Of a stretch of DNA of 64,000 nucleotides, positions 37,697-50,000 are shown in pieces. The stretch covers positions 3,157,144-3,221,143 of the forward strand of contig CAJINV010000012.1 of NCBI GenBank assembly GCA_905178155.1, given 5' to 3'. The notes beneath the pieces are model-generated. The model was not told the DNA's origin. It ran no database searches and worked only from the letters and a program-made list of their open reading frames with translations. This DNA comes from Amoebophrya sp. A120. Taxonomy: Eukaryota > Protista > Dinoflagellata. Position numbers and translations under genes: made by a program. Numbering within the stretch: position 1 is the first letter of the stretch; each line of letters opens with the position of its first letter.

Positions 37697-40035
37697 ATGA
37701 CTACGCCGGCGCCCTCCGCTTCTGCCCTCGTGATCGGCGTTACCGGTTTCGTCGGGAGTTATGTTGCGAAAGCCCTGGTAGAGAAGGGCTATAAAGTGCA
37801 CGGCACTTGTCGAGACCCTGCCGTTGCCGCGAAATGGGTTCCGGAAATGCTGCAAAAGTGCACACCAGCAGGAAGTCCTGCGAGCATGGATGACATCATC
37901 AAGCTCCACGCGCTCAACTTCACTGCGGACGAGGAATCGTACGCAGCTGCGAAGGCAGCTATCAAAACCATTTTACAACAAAGTGATGACTCGTCTGCAA
38001 ACAAAGACAGCAGCACTAACAGTGGCCTTTCTACTCCACCAATCAAAGGCGTCTTCATGTGTGCTGGCTACGAGAAGCAGGAGCCTGAGACCATAAAAGT
38101 GATGGAGTCCATGGCGATTGCGACGCTGGAAGCGGTGCTCGAAGTTGGGAAGGAGCGGGAAAATTTTGTAGCAGAGCCGCCTATCGCGGTGATTTTAACC
38201 AGTTCAACCGGCAGCACTAACCCGCCCCCGGAGATTGCGAAAGCCCTTCCGTTGGCCAAAAGCGAGCTGACACATTGGTCGGACCCGGAGTTTCAAATCT
38301 TAAACAAAAGATTTTCGCCCGCCGCGAAGACAAATATGGAGCTGAAGGCTTTCGGGTTTGTCGGTATAATCATGTAGTGAGGAAGTTTACAGGCGTTCCC
38401 TTTGCGTACGACAACGACCGCTCGCGAGGAAAGTGTAGTTGCTCCCACCTCTAACATGGTTCCTGACGCCTTGTTCTCAGGCTCAGTAGTGCGTCGGCTT
38501 GTTTTTCGACTTTAGAAAAAATGGCCCTTCATCACAGTGTTTCACACCTTGCGAATTTCGACTCTATCGCAAACGCCGAAACTGATGTCAGGTCGCAACG
38601 CCCAGGACGAGGTCGTCGATTCAGAAAAACACGAAAACGTGAAGAACAAAATCCGGCTTTCGATCATGAATCCTTCGTGGATTCTCGCACCGCAGCTCCA
38701 GCCTGGTGACGTCTCCGGGAACGGTCTCTAGGCATTGTAAATTTATAATCTGAGTCGGGAAATTTGTGATGCTAGTCTGGTGGCACGCCTCTGATTTTTG
38801 TATTGTGTGGCCACGAAGAGCCCCTCTTGTCTGTCATGCAGAAACGCAGCTTCTCTTTACTTATACTTTCTCATGCAAAGCACACAAGCACAAAAGAGAG
38901 CCGCGAGCGCGAAAGAACCTGTCATGCGTGGCGGTGCATGATTACAGTGTGCTTACACACTGTTCACTGACATGCACGACCATCACGTTCACAACTTCCC
39001 CGACCCAGACGCTGGTTCGCACTTGATAGTTTCCCTTGGCTTGCGAAAATCGTGCAGGGGACTGCGATACGAACTGCAAAAGTAGCGCACTCGTAGTAAT
39101 TGCAATTATGCATTACTTGAGGTAAATCCGCATTGCAAATTTTATTTCTCATGCTGAGAAAATTTGTAGTGCATTTATACCCAGAGTGCGATACTTTTGC
39201 AATTCATATGCGATGAGCGAACAAATTCCAAACGACAGCATATGCAAGAAAAAAACTGTGTAAGTAAGTGTAAATCTGTGATGCAGAAAATGCAAAACAG
39301 TGACACTTGTCATGCTCGACATGCATGATCGGCTCGCGTCCTGTGTGTTTTCCCTTCCTATCTGCGCATAGCAAGTTTTTCCTGTCATAGCAGACAAACT
39401 TGTGATGCTGTTTTCCCAAAAGACTTGCACCAACACAGTTTTTTTCTTGGATACAGCATGTCCATCATTTACTGCCAGGACTTGGCCGCGTTGCACGTCG
39501 CGTGCCTCGAAAACCCCACTGCGTCCGGTCGGTACTTCGGGGTGTGCCGATCCTGGGCCTGGGAAGAGATTTTGGAAACCGTGCAGAACATTCTATCAAA
39601 TGCAAAAATGTCTGGGTCTGGAAGAATGCAACTTGTGATGCTGAATTTGGATTCCAAAAAAATCTGTATTGCATGAGCAGCAAAGGGAACGTAATGTTTG
39701 CTACGCGGAGAGGGCATTTGTTTTTGTCATGCGGAATAGGCATCAAGAAGCCCTCAAAAAATCTGTGATGCTAGGGCATGCATCACAGGCGTGATGGCTC
39801 ATGCGAAATGTGCATGACAAGTCTCAGAACCTTCCAGACCCAGACACTTTTGCATTGATACATTCGGGGAAAGGACAAATACACCATGCCGCCGAAAAAC
39901 TACGAGGAGCCGAATCCGGTCACGGAGTTCGATTTGACACGGCAGAAGGAGCTGTCTGGCGGGAAGGAATTAATGAGCCTGGAGGGGATTTTGAGGGATA
40001 CAATAGGCTATTTGGAAGAAAAGCAGTTGGTGTAA
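37697..40035 (+). CDS. NAD(P)-dependent epimerase/dehydratase (extended SDR, dihydroflavonol-reductase/cinnamoyl-CoA-reductase-like); 4 TIR elements and one GT-AG intron
   Basis: LVIGVTGFVGSYVAKALVEKGYKVHGTCRD Rossmann motif; ILTSST; IMNPSWILAP; IYCQDLAALHVACLENPTASGRYF; TAA 40033-40035. Confidence 0.88.
38729..39028. mobile_element. Introner-like element family A, degenerate, TAG left end
   Basis: Decayed TIRs; DR GTCTC/GTTTC; excision restores SGNGLPWLAK. Confidence 0.8.
39068..39208. mobile_element. Introner-like element family E, TAC left end
   Basis: TIRs; DR TGCGA. Confidence 0.9.
39241..39453. mobile_element. Introner-like element family D
   Basis: TIRs; DR CAGCA; very similar to 41250-41458. 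Confidence 0.92.
39594..39860. mobile_element. Introner-like element family A
   Basis: TIRs; DR CATTC. Confidence 0.9.
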
Positions 40036-40641
40036 TGTATGATGACGAAACAATAAACAGTAACAGACGGCGCAACAGGAAGTAGAAGCTGGTCTGCTGC
40101 AACACGACCAAGCGCTGCTATGCGCGGCAAAGCCATTTCAATTTCTTGCAAAAGTGGCTACAGGAACTTCCAAGAAGATACTTACAGTAAATGCGCGAGA
40201 ATCTTGACAAGGCCACACTTCTCAAAAATTTGATGAAGTTCTTCCAGCACTGTACCTTTACTATTGTTCGGGAGTGTCCTTGTCCTACATGTACTTCTCC
40301 AACGCAACGACAGTTCAGTTGCTATCACTTCTGTGGATTGCGTAGGCGCTGTCAGTGCGCAGGCCTGTTATTTTTTTTCCCCCAGAGAGTATAAGAGGAT
40401 CTGCAGCTGGTATGTATTCGAGAGAGCCAGTTGGGCACCGTGGAGAAAAAGTTCGCATTTCCACGTGCGCCAAACATAATCAAGTGATGACATCTTGTTC
40501 ACGGGTTTCAGAGTGGAAAGGCTTCTTCAAAGTTCTTTTAGAGAATTTAAGGCCCACCGTGGAGTGTACCGAGAGTGGAAGAGCATTACTACCGGCAAAC
40601 GTGAAATAAATATAACAAAGAAAGCGTCTAAATAAAACAAG

Positions 40642-43600
40642 ATGTTCCCCAGCTCGCGCCTCTTGCGGAGGCAGCTGCAGAAGCCCGCTTCTACCTGCTC
40701 CGCCAGAATAAAAATACAAAACCGGCCAAACCGAAACCTGCTGTCCCGTATCAAATGTAAAAATGTCTGGGTCTGGAAGAATGCAAGACTTGCGATGCAG
40801 GTTTTCCATGACCCATGAGGTCTGGAATGCGAGACCCAGGATGACAGATTTTTTGAGTTCTCTATCATGCCTTTCCTGCATGAGAAACTCCCTCTCAACT
40901 TGGTCAAAAGCGGATAGCTTTTGGTACTCGCGCAACACAGATTTTTGCATCATTCAGATTTGGTGAATCGCCCACCGCTTTTTGTGCGTCAGCTGTGTCG
41001 GAAAAAAAAAAAAAAAAAAAAAAAAAGAAAGAGGACGCAACAAAAAAAAAAAAGAAAAATAAAAAGAAAAGACCAAAGAAATCAGCGAAAACCGACCGGC
41101 GTGCGAATTGCCTAGCAAAAAAAAAAAATTTAGCATGACAAGTTCTAACCTTCCAGACCCAGACATTTTTACATTTGATATCCCGGCACTTTTCCTCGGT
41201 GACCGTGTTGCCCCGGGACTCGAACCAAGCCCTTGGGATTGGGCAGTATTATGCAAGAAAAAAACTGTGTAAGTATAAATCTGTGATGCAGAAAATGCAA
41301 AACAGTTACACTTGTCATGCTCGACATGCATGACCGGCTCGGTTCCTATGTGTTTTCCCTTCCTATCTGCGCATAACAAGTTTTTCCTGTCATTGCAGAC
41401 AAACTTGTGATGCTGTTTTCCCAAAAGACTTACACTAACACAGTTTTTTCCTTGGATAAGTATGCAAAGGACTTCATTACCGGAGCCTCCGACCCAGATG
41501 CCTCGGTCTACGACCGGGTAGAGATGTTTCACACCGACAGTGTGATGTGCGGGCTGTCTGCGCTCGCGTTGAGAACCAACGCCCCGAACTGCTTGCGCGA
41601 CGAAGCGCTCCGGGACTACACGAGTGCGAGCGGCAAGGGCGCGGTTTTGCTCGGCACGGACAGCACGAAAGTATCGCCCGAGAAGGCCATCGTGGCCAAC
41701 GCTTCCGCCGTGCGGGAGTGGGACTCCAACGGCACGGTGTTCGGCTACAATGCAAACATCCCTGGGCACCAGGCAGGGGAATTTGGACACAACGACTTCT
41801 ATCCGGTCGTGATGGCGGCGGGAGAAGTCAGGGGGGCACTGGACGGAAAGACGGCCCTGAAAGCAATGATTTGCTTGGATGAGATAAGAGGAAGGTATTG
41901 ATGAGAGAGGAGGTTACTCAATACTTTTTCACGTATCAGTTGTACCGTAGCTAGCATGACACTTCGCTTTTTGGGAACTACTACCGCAGCATAGCGAACA
42001 ACCGGCAATGAACCTCCAATGTTACCGGGTTGACAAACTACATGAAAGAACCTCCAATACAGGCTCGCGGAAGTTTTTTCTTTGAAGTCCTACAAGATCG
42101 ATCACGTGGTCCACGGCGCTATTGTATCCGAAGAAAATTTAAATGATGTCTGGGTCTCGAAGACTGCAAGCTTTGTCATGCCTGTCTGTGACATGACTCT
42201 CTCTGAATGCATACGCGCGAACAGATTGAGTTTTGAGTTCCTTTCTTGGCCGTGATGCAAAAACAAAATATACATAGGTCGCCAGCACGTGGGATTACTG
42301 GTGGATGAGAACGCAACGCATAGCCATAGTAGCCCAAACCCAAAGACTTGATGTCATGATGCTTGGCTGCGTATTGCAATGTGCCCTCTCGTCATTAATC
42401 CAAAAATTTCAAATTCGCAGCCTAGCGTTATAGCTTCCCAGACGCAGACAGATTTGCACTTGATATCTCGCCTCGGCTGCGGTTTATGGCGCTCTTCTGA
42501 ACGCCACTGCCGAGCAAATCGAGTCCGCGATTGGTATGGTCTGTGCGCACTACATCCCCTTTCGTGCGATCCGGGCCGGGAAACAGCTGTCGGACTCTAA
42601 AGGGTATGCATTGCAGAAGCATGATGATCCTACTCGAGTACTAATTGCATAATACAGCATGACAGATCTCGTTTCTCATAGCTAATTCAGCATTAGAAAT
42701 TTTTTCATTTTTGTTTTTCCTTCTGGAAAAATTTGTAATGCTATAGTAGCACTAGTGCGATACTAGTACTTTTGCAATGCATTAAGGGGCGTCCGCCGCG
42801 ATTTCCACCGAGGCGGCGGTGATGAGCATGAAACGGGCGATATCGTAGGTAAAAAAGTCCCCACGACGACCCCGTAGTCAAGGTGGGAAATCTGCTAGAC
42901 AAATCAGCTAGCTTTGAGTGTTGCGCATGACAAGTTTCGATCCTCGTGGTGTAGAAGTCCTCGTTTAGCTAGTTCAGCAGCATGATAGACGTAGCATATT
43001 TATTAGGCTGATTGGAGCATCGTTCACAAATTCCAAAGCACGACTAGGAAATGTTTTTCATAGTGCTCCGCACGAGAAATCCACTTTGAGCATGCAGATT
43101 TGCGTGACAGCTATGGGATCGTGGGGGGGTTTTTCCAGAGGATAAGCGATGAACGGCTTCATCGGGCCCAAGGATATTTTCCGCAACCCCGATATGGAAG
43201 TGTCAGAATCGAAATTGACAAAACCGAAAAACTTGTGATGCACAAAGTCGATGTCAGTTGGAGCCTCAGTTTCTAAGTGGTGTATGACAAATTTCGGGAG
43301 TGCCCAAATATGGTCTGTCTTGCTGTTTGGGCCAAGGAGACTCCTCCTGTAGTGTTGCTTTGGCAGCACATTGTATACCCCGAAACAGGCTTACAATCGG
43401 TCTCATTTGCCTGCTCCCCAATACAGGCCTTCAGTTCCCTACATTCTATGCATCACAAATTTTTTGATTTTGTCGATTTCGATCCTGAAACATCCATACC
43501 CGAGGCAATTTTCCGGTTTTTCGAACCAACGAGCGGCGTCGCTGCGGACAAAAATCTGATCGATATCACGCTGGCGAACAAGGTCTGTTGCAATAATCTG

Positions 43601-45840
43601 TATTTGTTCTCGCGAGAAGCACCAGTACTCTTCATCATTGTGTCTTCTGCCATGTAAGTGCTTAGAAACACAAACATGTCCTCCACCGACCAGGAATCAT
43701 CAATAAAAAAAATACATTTTTTGCATCATCGTGACCACAGGCCCGCTGGGGTCCGGGTTCGTCTCCCTTCGACCTTCACTTATCGCACTCTGGCTCCGAC
43801 TTCGCCGTGTGTGGCATGCACTTCAAGCTCGGCCTGTACGAGCACCAGTCGGCGGGCGCGCTCGAGGGGGTCATCAAGCTGATGAAGGAAAACCCAGAAT
43901 TACTCGCCGGCGGGTTGGATGGCATTGAAAAGATCAACATTGTCGCCTACGAGCCCGTATCAACTGCAAATATGTCTGGGTCTGGAAGAATGCAAGGTTT
44001 GTGATGCACGGCTAGCATGGCTCCCAAGTCTGTCATGCACGCCACCCAAAACCAAAAGTCACATTTCTCTGGAATGCAGAAACGCAGTTTGTCATGCAGA
44101 TAAGCAACTACACTGTAGCAACTCCGAAACTTGTCATGCTTGGCTGTCAATGAAAGCGTCCAGATGATTCGCCAAACAGCATCACAAGTTTATTTCAGAC
44201 CCAGATCGATATTTGCAATTCATAGCCCGCGTTCGGGATCATCGGCGACCCAGCAAAGAAGGACCCGAAAACCCGACAATCTGCGGACCACTATCCCGGA
44301 AAAAACTGTGTAAGTGTAACTGTGTAGGAAAAGCAGCATCACAAATTAGCTTTGCATTTTTACAGGGAAAGTCTGTCATGCGCAGCTAGTACAACGTGGA
44401 AACACGTATGAAAGTAGCGCATGATGCAGATCCAGCATGACAAGTGTAACAGTTTTGCACCTTCCGCATCACAGATTTAGTACACTCACATAGTTTTTTT
44501 CTCACGATAACCACTCCATGGCTTTTATTGTGTCGCGAATGTTGAAAAAGGGCATGGAAAACGCGAGCTCCCTATCAACTGCAAATATGTGTGGCTGTGA
44601 AAACTTGTGATGCTAGTTTGTGACTGGTGACCGCTGCACTTCGATATGCAGTCACGCATGACAACTTTTTGAGCCTCTGTGTGTTTCGCTTTCCGCATGG
44701 CGCACGCCATACTTTTAGACAGGGAAGAGCCTATTGGTCACGCATTACAGATTCAAGAGTCATGTGAGACGAGCATGACAAAGTTGCATTCTTCCGGACG
44801 ACCCAGAGATATTTGCAATGCATACTTCCTGTCCTCTGCTAGTATGGACGACGTTTGGATGAAGCTGATGCTTTCTCCCTACGACTACGGGCACGAAGCA
44901 CTGTACGACGCAGAGACCCGGGCGCTGATGCAAAAGATCCAGTTCATATCTACAGGAAATCTTATTTTTTCCCGCACCTAGGTAGTACTACACGACGTAG
45001 TCGTGCAAATGGCAGCTGTGCATGACGAGGCTCTTTCTCAACGTTGTTCAGCATCACTGTTGTTCCCTGCTTTATAATTCCGGTTCTTATTGCCGAAGAT
45101 AGAATTTCTCATACTTATGCATTTTTTATTTTTACGTGTAAGTAGTGCGGGAAATAATGATTTGTATTGCATTGGTCACGCACGGTGGAGAAGAGTATGA
45201 CAGCAAGTACCCGGACGGGATTATCACACAGGAAAAAGCAGGCAGGTCATATTTGCAATGCACAAGATTCCTATACAGAAAAATCTGTCGTGCGCGAGCG
45301 CATAGTATGAGTATGCTCTTTCGGATGCGCAACGCGGATCTACTTTCTGTGTATGTAAGTACTTTTGCATTACAGATTGATATAATGCTCCGGGCCTGCT
45401 TTTGTCTGTGGGATAGGAATCCCAACCAGCTTAGACGTGATGACAAAGAGCGGGAAGGTAAAGGTTTTGAGTGCTCGATACAACTTAGTACTGCTTCAGC
45501 ATCTTCCAGTTTATTTCTCATGTGAATTTTTTGTGCATGACAGAGCAGGTTTGTCATGCGAAAAACGAATGTAAAACAAATTTTTCTCAATCTATCAAAA
45601 CAGACCTACAACAGTGGTTTTATCATGTACCCTTCCGGGCACGCACGAAATACCACCGCCGATTTGAAGCAGATCATGAGCTACAAAAACTCGAAGATGC
45701 TGGGTGATCTGGTTTTCGCAGACGCGTCGGTGAAGGACCAGTACCTGGAAAAAATGATAAATATGAAGGACGCGAAGGATGTTTGCGGCTACTACGCATT
45801 TACTGGCCAGATGAAAGAACACCCCTGCATTGATGGATAG
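40642..45840 (+). CDS. prpD: 2-methylcitrate dehydratase (MmgE/PrpD family) with likely mitochondrial presequence; 11 TIR elements and GT-AG introns 41895-42062, 43583-43740, 45458-45603
   Basis: Excision gives a 1743-nt ORF (580 aa) with AVREWDSNGT, GEFGHNDFYP, KIDHVVHGAIAS, IRAGKQLSDSKG, FKLGLYEHQSAGA, PKTRQSADHS, YPSGHARN; Arg-rich N-terminus ending RHFSS. Confidence 0.92.
40749..41180. mobile_element. Introner-like element family A with about 170 bp A-rich insert
   Basis: Perfect 30-bp TIR; DR TCCCG. Confidence 0.9.
41250..41458. mobile_element. Introner-like element family D
   Basis: TIRs; DR AGTAT. Confidence 0.92.
42125..42465. mobile_element. Introner-like element family A, degenerate
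   Basis: Decayed TIRs; DR TATTG/TCTCG; excision restores HGAIASAA. Confidence 0.82.
42605..42783. mobile_element. Introner-like element family E, ATT right end
   Basis: TIRs; DR AAGGG; excision restores DSKGASAA. Confidence 0.88.
42841..43144. mobile_element. Introner-like element family C
   Basis: Degenerate TIRs; DR GGCGA/AGCGA. Confidence 0.85.
43193..43498. mobile_element. Introner-like element family G
   Basis: Long TIRs; DR CCCGA. Confidence 0.92.
43958..44224. mobile_element. Introner-like element family A
   Basis: TIRs; DR GCCCG. Confidence 0.9.
44292..44509. mobile_element. Introner-like element family D, reverse orientation relative to 41250-41458
   Basis: TIRs; DR ACCAC; excision restores SADHSM. 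Confidence 0.9.
44573..44824. mobile_element. Introner-like element family A
   Basis: TIRs; DR CTCCC/CTTCC. Confidence 0.87.
44947..45173. mobile_element. Introner-like element, degenerate singleton, ATT right end
   Basis: TIR core TTTCCCGCAC / GTGCGGGAAA; DR GTTCA/GGTCA; excision restores KIQFTHGG. Confidence 0.8.
45222..45415. mobile_element. Introner-like element, singleton family
   Basis: TATCnCACAG..AAAAGCAGGC TIR; DR GGGAT/GGAAT; excision restores YPDGIPTS. Confidence 0.87.
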
Positions 45841-47008
45841 AGCCAGTTGTTGTTTCTTTCACGACGGCGGGACGAGGTGGTGCTTCAGGTTCATCTCGGG
45901 ATAAGTATGATGACAAAGAGGCACACTGTTGTTGACTCTGTGTAACCATAGCGGTAGTTCCGACTACTTTCGGGAGAACTGCCCCCCGAAAAGACCGAAA
46001 GATGAAAACCACCTAGATTTTTTGAAATCCTACACCTAGTTGTACTCCTACAGTCCTCGTGCGCCACACCACCAGGAGGCTCTTCTGGTACGTACGAAGA
46101 ACAGTGGTCTGATTTTGCCAGTAGAACTACAGCTGATCTAAAGAAGAAACGCTTTGTCTATTCGTGTACAACACTTCTGTGCTTCGTCCGTTTCGAGAGA
46201 TATCCATCTAAAAGAAATAAGACACTTCGCTGAAAATGCGGCGGCGTAAGCGTTCTTTGCTACCACCTTCACTGTTCCAGCGAAAGAACGTCGCGTGTTA
46301 TCTTTATGAATTTGTTGTCGTACTATTTCCGTTGTTAGCTTAATGCTAGTTCTTGATCGTCCTCCTGTCGTCGCTGTTTCAGCTCGTGTTTGTGAAGTTG
46401 CTTTTGTGAATATCCGCGATACGGTTTTCTCTTATTTTCGTATCATTCGGTCAATGGTTGTGGTGCGGTGTTAAAACCATGTGATGTGTTCTTACTAATC
46501 GTCCTTGTCATTCGCAACAGCACGACTCGTTCCGTCCGACTCAACTCGTTCATGATGTGCTGCTTCAAATACAAGTCAATGCATCTTCGTGCAGGCGATC
46601 GTGCGGGTATACTTACCCACAGTTTAAACTACAACGTCGTGCTTGGTAATGAGAACCTTAGACCTGAAGAGATTTGATCTTTTCCCATTCTCATGAAAAA
46701 CCGAGCAGTTTCTACTTTAGTGCGTAGTGTTGCAAAAAAAAACTTCGGCTATCGTTCCAAATCGTATATATTTCGTTCTTGAAATTGATTCAGATTCTGT
46801 GTACACTCTTTTCATCCGCTAGTTTTTTTACAAGCATCTTTTGTTCTTGCATTCTCCCCCACACGACACCCACCTCCGTATTGTTGTATGAGACAAATCC
46901 TACTCCTGTGATTTCATTTTCTACATTACGATTACTCAGCACGTAAAAATCATTTTGCGCACGTGGAAATCATTTTGCGAGAAGTTGTTGATCAATCTTC
47001 CTCGTGCA

Positions 47009-50000
47009 ATGGGTTTATTTCCGCAAGACCACGACGTGACCACCCCCTCCGAGGACCTCCCGGCGGTGCCAATACACCAGCTGGACAAAAAATTGGTCGA
47101 GCAGATGTTTGGCAACGAGGAAAAATTCGAGCAATTTGTCCAGGATTGCGCCGACAAGGTGAAGAAGCTTCAAGAATCTGTAGCCACGAGAAGGACCACG
47201 TCGACCAGCTGCACGGGAGAAGCTGTTGAACATCAAGAAGGAGTACAAGAACCACCATCTGCACATGGTACAAGTTGTTCCGAGGAGCCGTTGATCGAGT
47301 ACGAAGCACTCGAGCAGCTGGTCCTGGGGGAGAATTTTGGTCTCCAGAGCAGCAATTCTACCATTGCGAGGACCACAACATCAAGGCAGCTCCTGATGAA
47401 TGGAGATCACTGCACCGCTGCGGCGGAGGAGGACGAGGAGGATTTATTTATTCCGGAGAACGACCAAGATGAACCTCAAGAAGTTGAACTTCCTCTACAG
47501 TCGAATACAGGTTGTACTTTGATGTCCAGTTCTACTTCGAACTACTTCCCGACGATTTTTTCGGAGGAACATCAAACGTCAACTCCATCTTCACTAGGCC
47601 CGCAGAACAACTTGATGGACGCAATACCTGCACCAGTAGAGCTAGAAACAAGAACAACAGGTGAAAATGACCTGAAGATGGAGCAAGGAAGCGATGGAGC
47701 TGCAAGTGTTGTTGACCCGAACAATGCTAAAGATCAGGAAGAAGTTCTGGTTCTTTCTCAACAGGAAACAATCGAAGACTCGCTACACTTGCTGGAGGAG
47801 GAGCAATTATCAAAAATCGAGCAGGAGATTGACGACGTCATAGCGCAGGAGCAGCAAATCATCGATCACATCGCGAGGGCGGTGGAGAAATCTTCCAGTT
47901 CGACTTTGGATGAACACGAGGAAGAAGGCGTGAAATATCAAGGTGAAATCGCAAAAATCCCCCAGCAGGACGAGGATCACGGCACTCCTGATCAAACCAG
48001 CTCGGACGACGAGCTGAACGAACTGAAATTGACGGAGAGTGAGGCGGATAGCGAAGGGGATCATGATGTTAGCGATGATCCGAATATCGGCGATCTGGAT
48101 CAAATAGATGGTGAGGTCGTGATGTCTCCTAGCATGACAAACTCCTCTATGGAGAGAAAAAAGTTTGTCACAGTCACTAACTTGCAGATTTTGCATTACA
48201 AATTTTCTATAGCATCACAGATTTTCCTTGTATTGCAGAAGCACTAGGGAAATCCCTAATGAGGTTTGGCTGTGATGCATTTTTACGCATGACAAACAAT
48301 TTTGTATTGCAAAAATGCGCATGAGTGATCGTGACGAACTTTTTCTCTTTGATATCCTCTACTTCCACAAGTCCGACATCGTCAAATAGTTCTTCTTCCA
48401 CCGGTATGGATTGTAAAAGTGTCTGGGTCTGGAAACTTGTGATGCTGGTCGGCGTATCATGAAGAGGCCACAAGTGCTGGCTCAGCATGACAAGGCTTTG
48501 AGCCTCTAGGCGTTGCCAATTCTGCATGACAAAGTGCATTTTTGCATGACAGAAAAGCCGGGCTCTTGAGTAACGTGCACGACAGATTCAAGAGTCATGC
48601 CAGACAAGCATGACAAACTTGCATTCTTCCAGACTCAGACATATTTGCAGTTCATAACCGGTAATAATTCCCCAAATTCATCGTTGCTGTCTCCGAAGCT
48701 TTTGTCGTTCTTCATTGAGGAATACAACGAGCTTTCGTTGGCCAACTACACGTATCAAATGTAAAAATGTCTGGGTCTGGAAAAGTGTAAACTTTAACTT
48801 GTCATGCAGATTTTCCATGACCCATGAGGTCTGGAATGCCGGATTTAGCATGACAGAATCTACGAGGTCTCTGCTATGCCTATCCTGCATGACAAACTCC
48901 CTTCCAACTTGGTCAAAAGTGGACAGCTTTTGGCTCTCATGCAACACAGATTTTCGCATGCTTCAGATTTACCATGACAGGTTGCAACCTTCCAGACCCA
49001 GACATTTTTACATTTGATAACACGGTGCTCAGCACCATTCACGAAGGGGAGGAGGAGGACAGCGGCGCGGATACAGTGAAAGCAGACACGGTGCTGCAAC
49101 AAGCTGTGGAGGATGAAAACGCCGGCCGCGTAGAAGATGTGGACGAGAGTGAAGATGTTGGGACCACGATGAAAGCGATTTCTCATGCTGTTGGGGACGG
49201 AGGGGAACGACAGCGAGGTCCTCTTGCGAATAACATCACTGAAGATCTTCATGTCGACGAAGACGATGACGGCGTGATTGTGTTCCAGCGAGAGGTCGCG
49301 TCTACTTCATCATCGGTAGAAGCTGATGGTGCAGGAACGGCAACAGCGAGGGAAACGAGTGTGACGACTGCGGAGGACGAGGCTGCCGAAATCATCACAG
49401 CCGATGGCGCTTTTACTTCTGCACATGACAACAGCGGTACGCAGGTCGAGCTCGACCAGACATCACAAGATCAAGAAGGAGCGAAAGAAATCAAAAAAGC
49501 TCCACTTTCAGTCCTTGCGGAAGAACAATCTTCGCCTGAGAAGTTCTTGTCGACCCACGTCGGGCAGTACAAAGAAGAGCTGCTGCAAGTAGAAAAAACA
49601 GAGGAACACGATCAAAACAAGAATATTGCGGGGATGATGAAACAAGCGGTAGCAGAGCAAGAATTGGACGCGAGCGTTGCCGCAGCTGCAGGAATTGAAG
49701 TGGAGGACGCGACGCCGACTACGAACATCGTTGACACGTTTGTGAAAGAACGTGAGCTACTAGTTGTATCCGAGGACGTAGTTGATGTGGCAGCTCCTTT
49801 CACGACTCTGGTCGCTTGTTCCAGTCCCAACCCTGTCTTGACCGAAGGTTCGCACAGTTCGCCGAGACAGGATTCCCGAGAACTGCATCTTCCGGGTGGT
49901 TCGGAAACCGCAACTACCGGCGAGCAAAAAGAAGATGAGTTTGCGTCCAGTTTGAAGCGCATCACGGGCCAGCACCGCACGAACACAGTGGCGTCCATCG

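Noticed and set aside
8364-45840. Reading the interrupted genes as pseudogenes
   Set aside because: Frames and conserved residues are restored by excision with no other lesions in RBM42, the SDR or prpD
5310-49017. Many short ORFs sharing IKCKNVWVWK, FQTQTFLHLI or SNAKMSGSGR, resembling a repeat-protein family
   Set aside because: They are translations of the family A TIR in different frames and strands; frames are not conserved between copies
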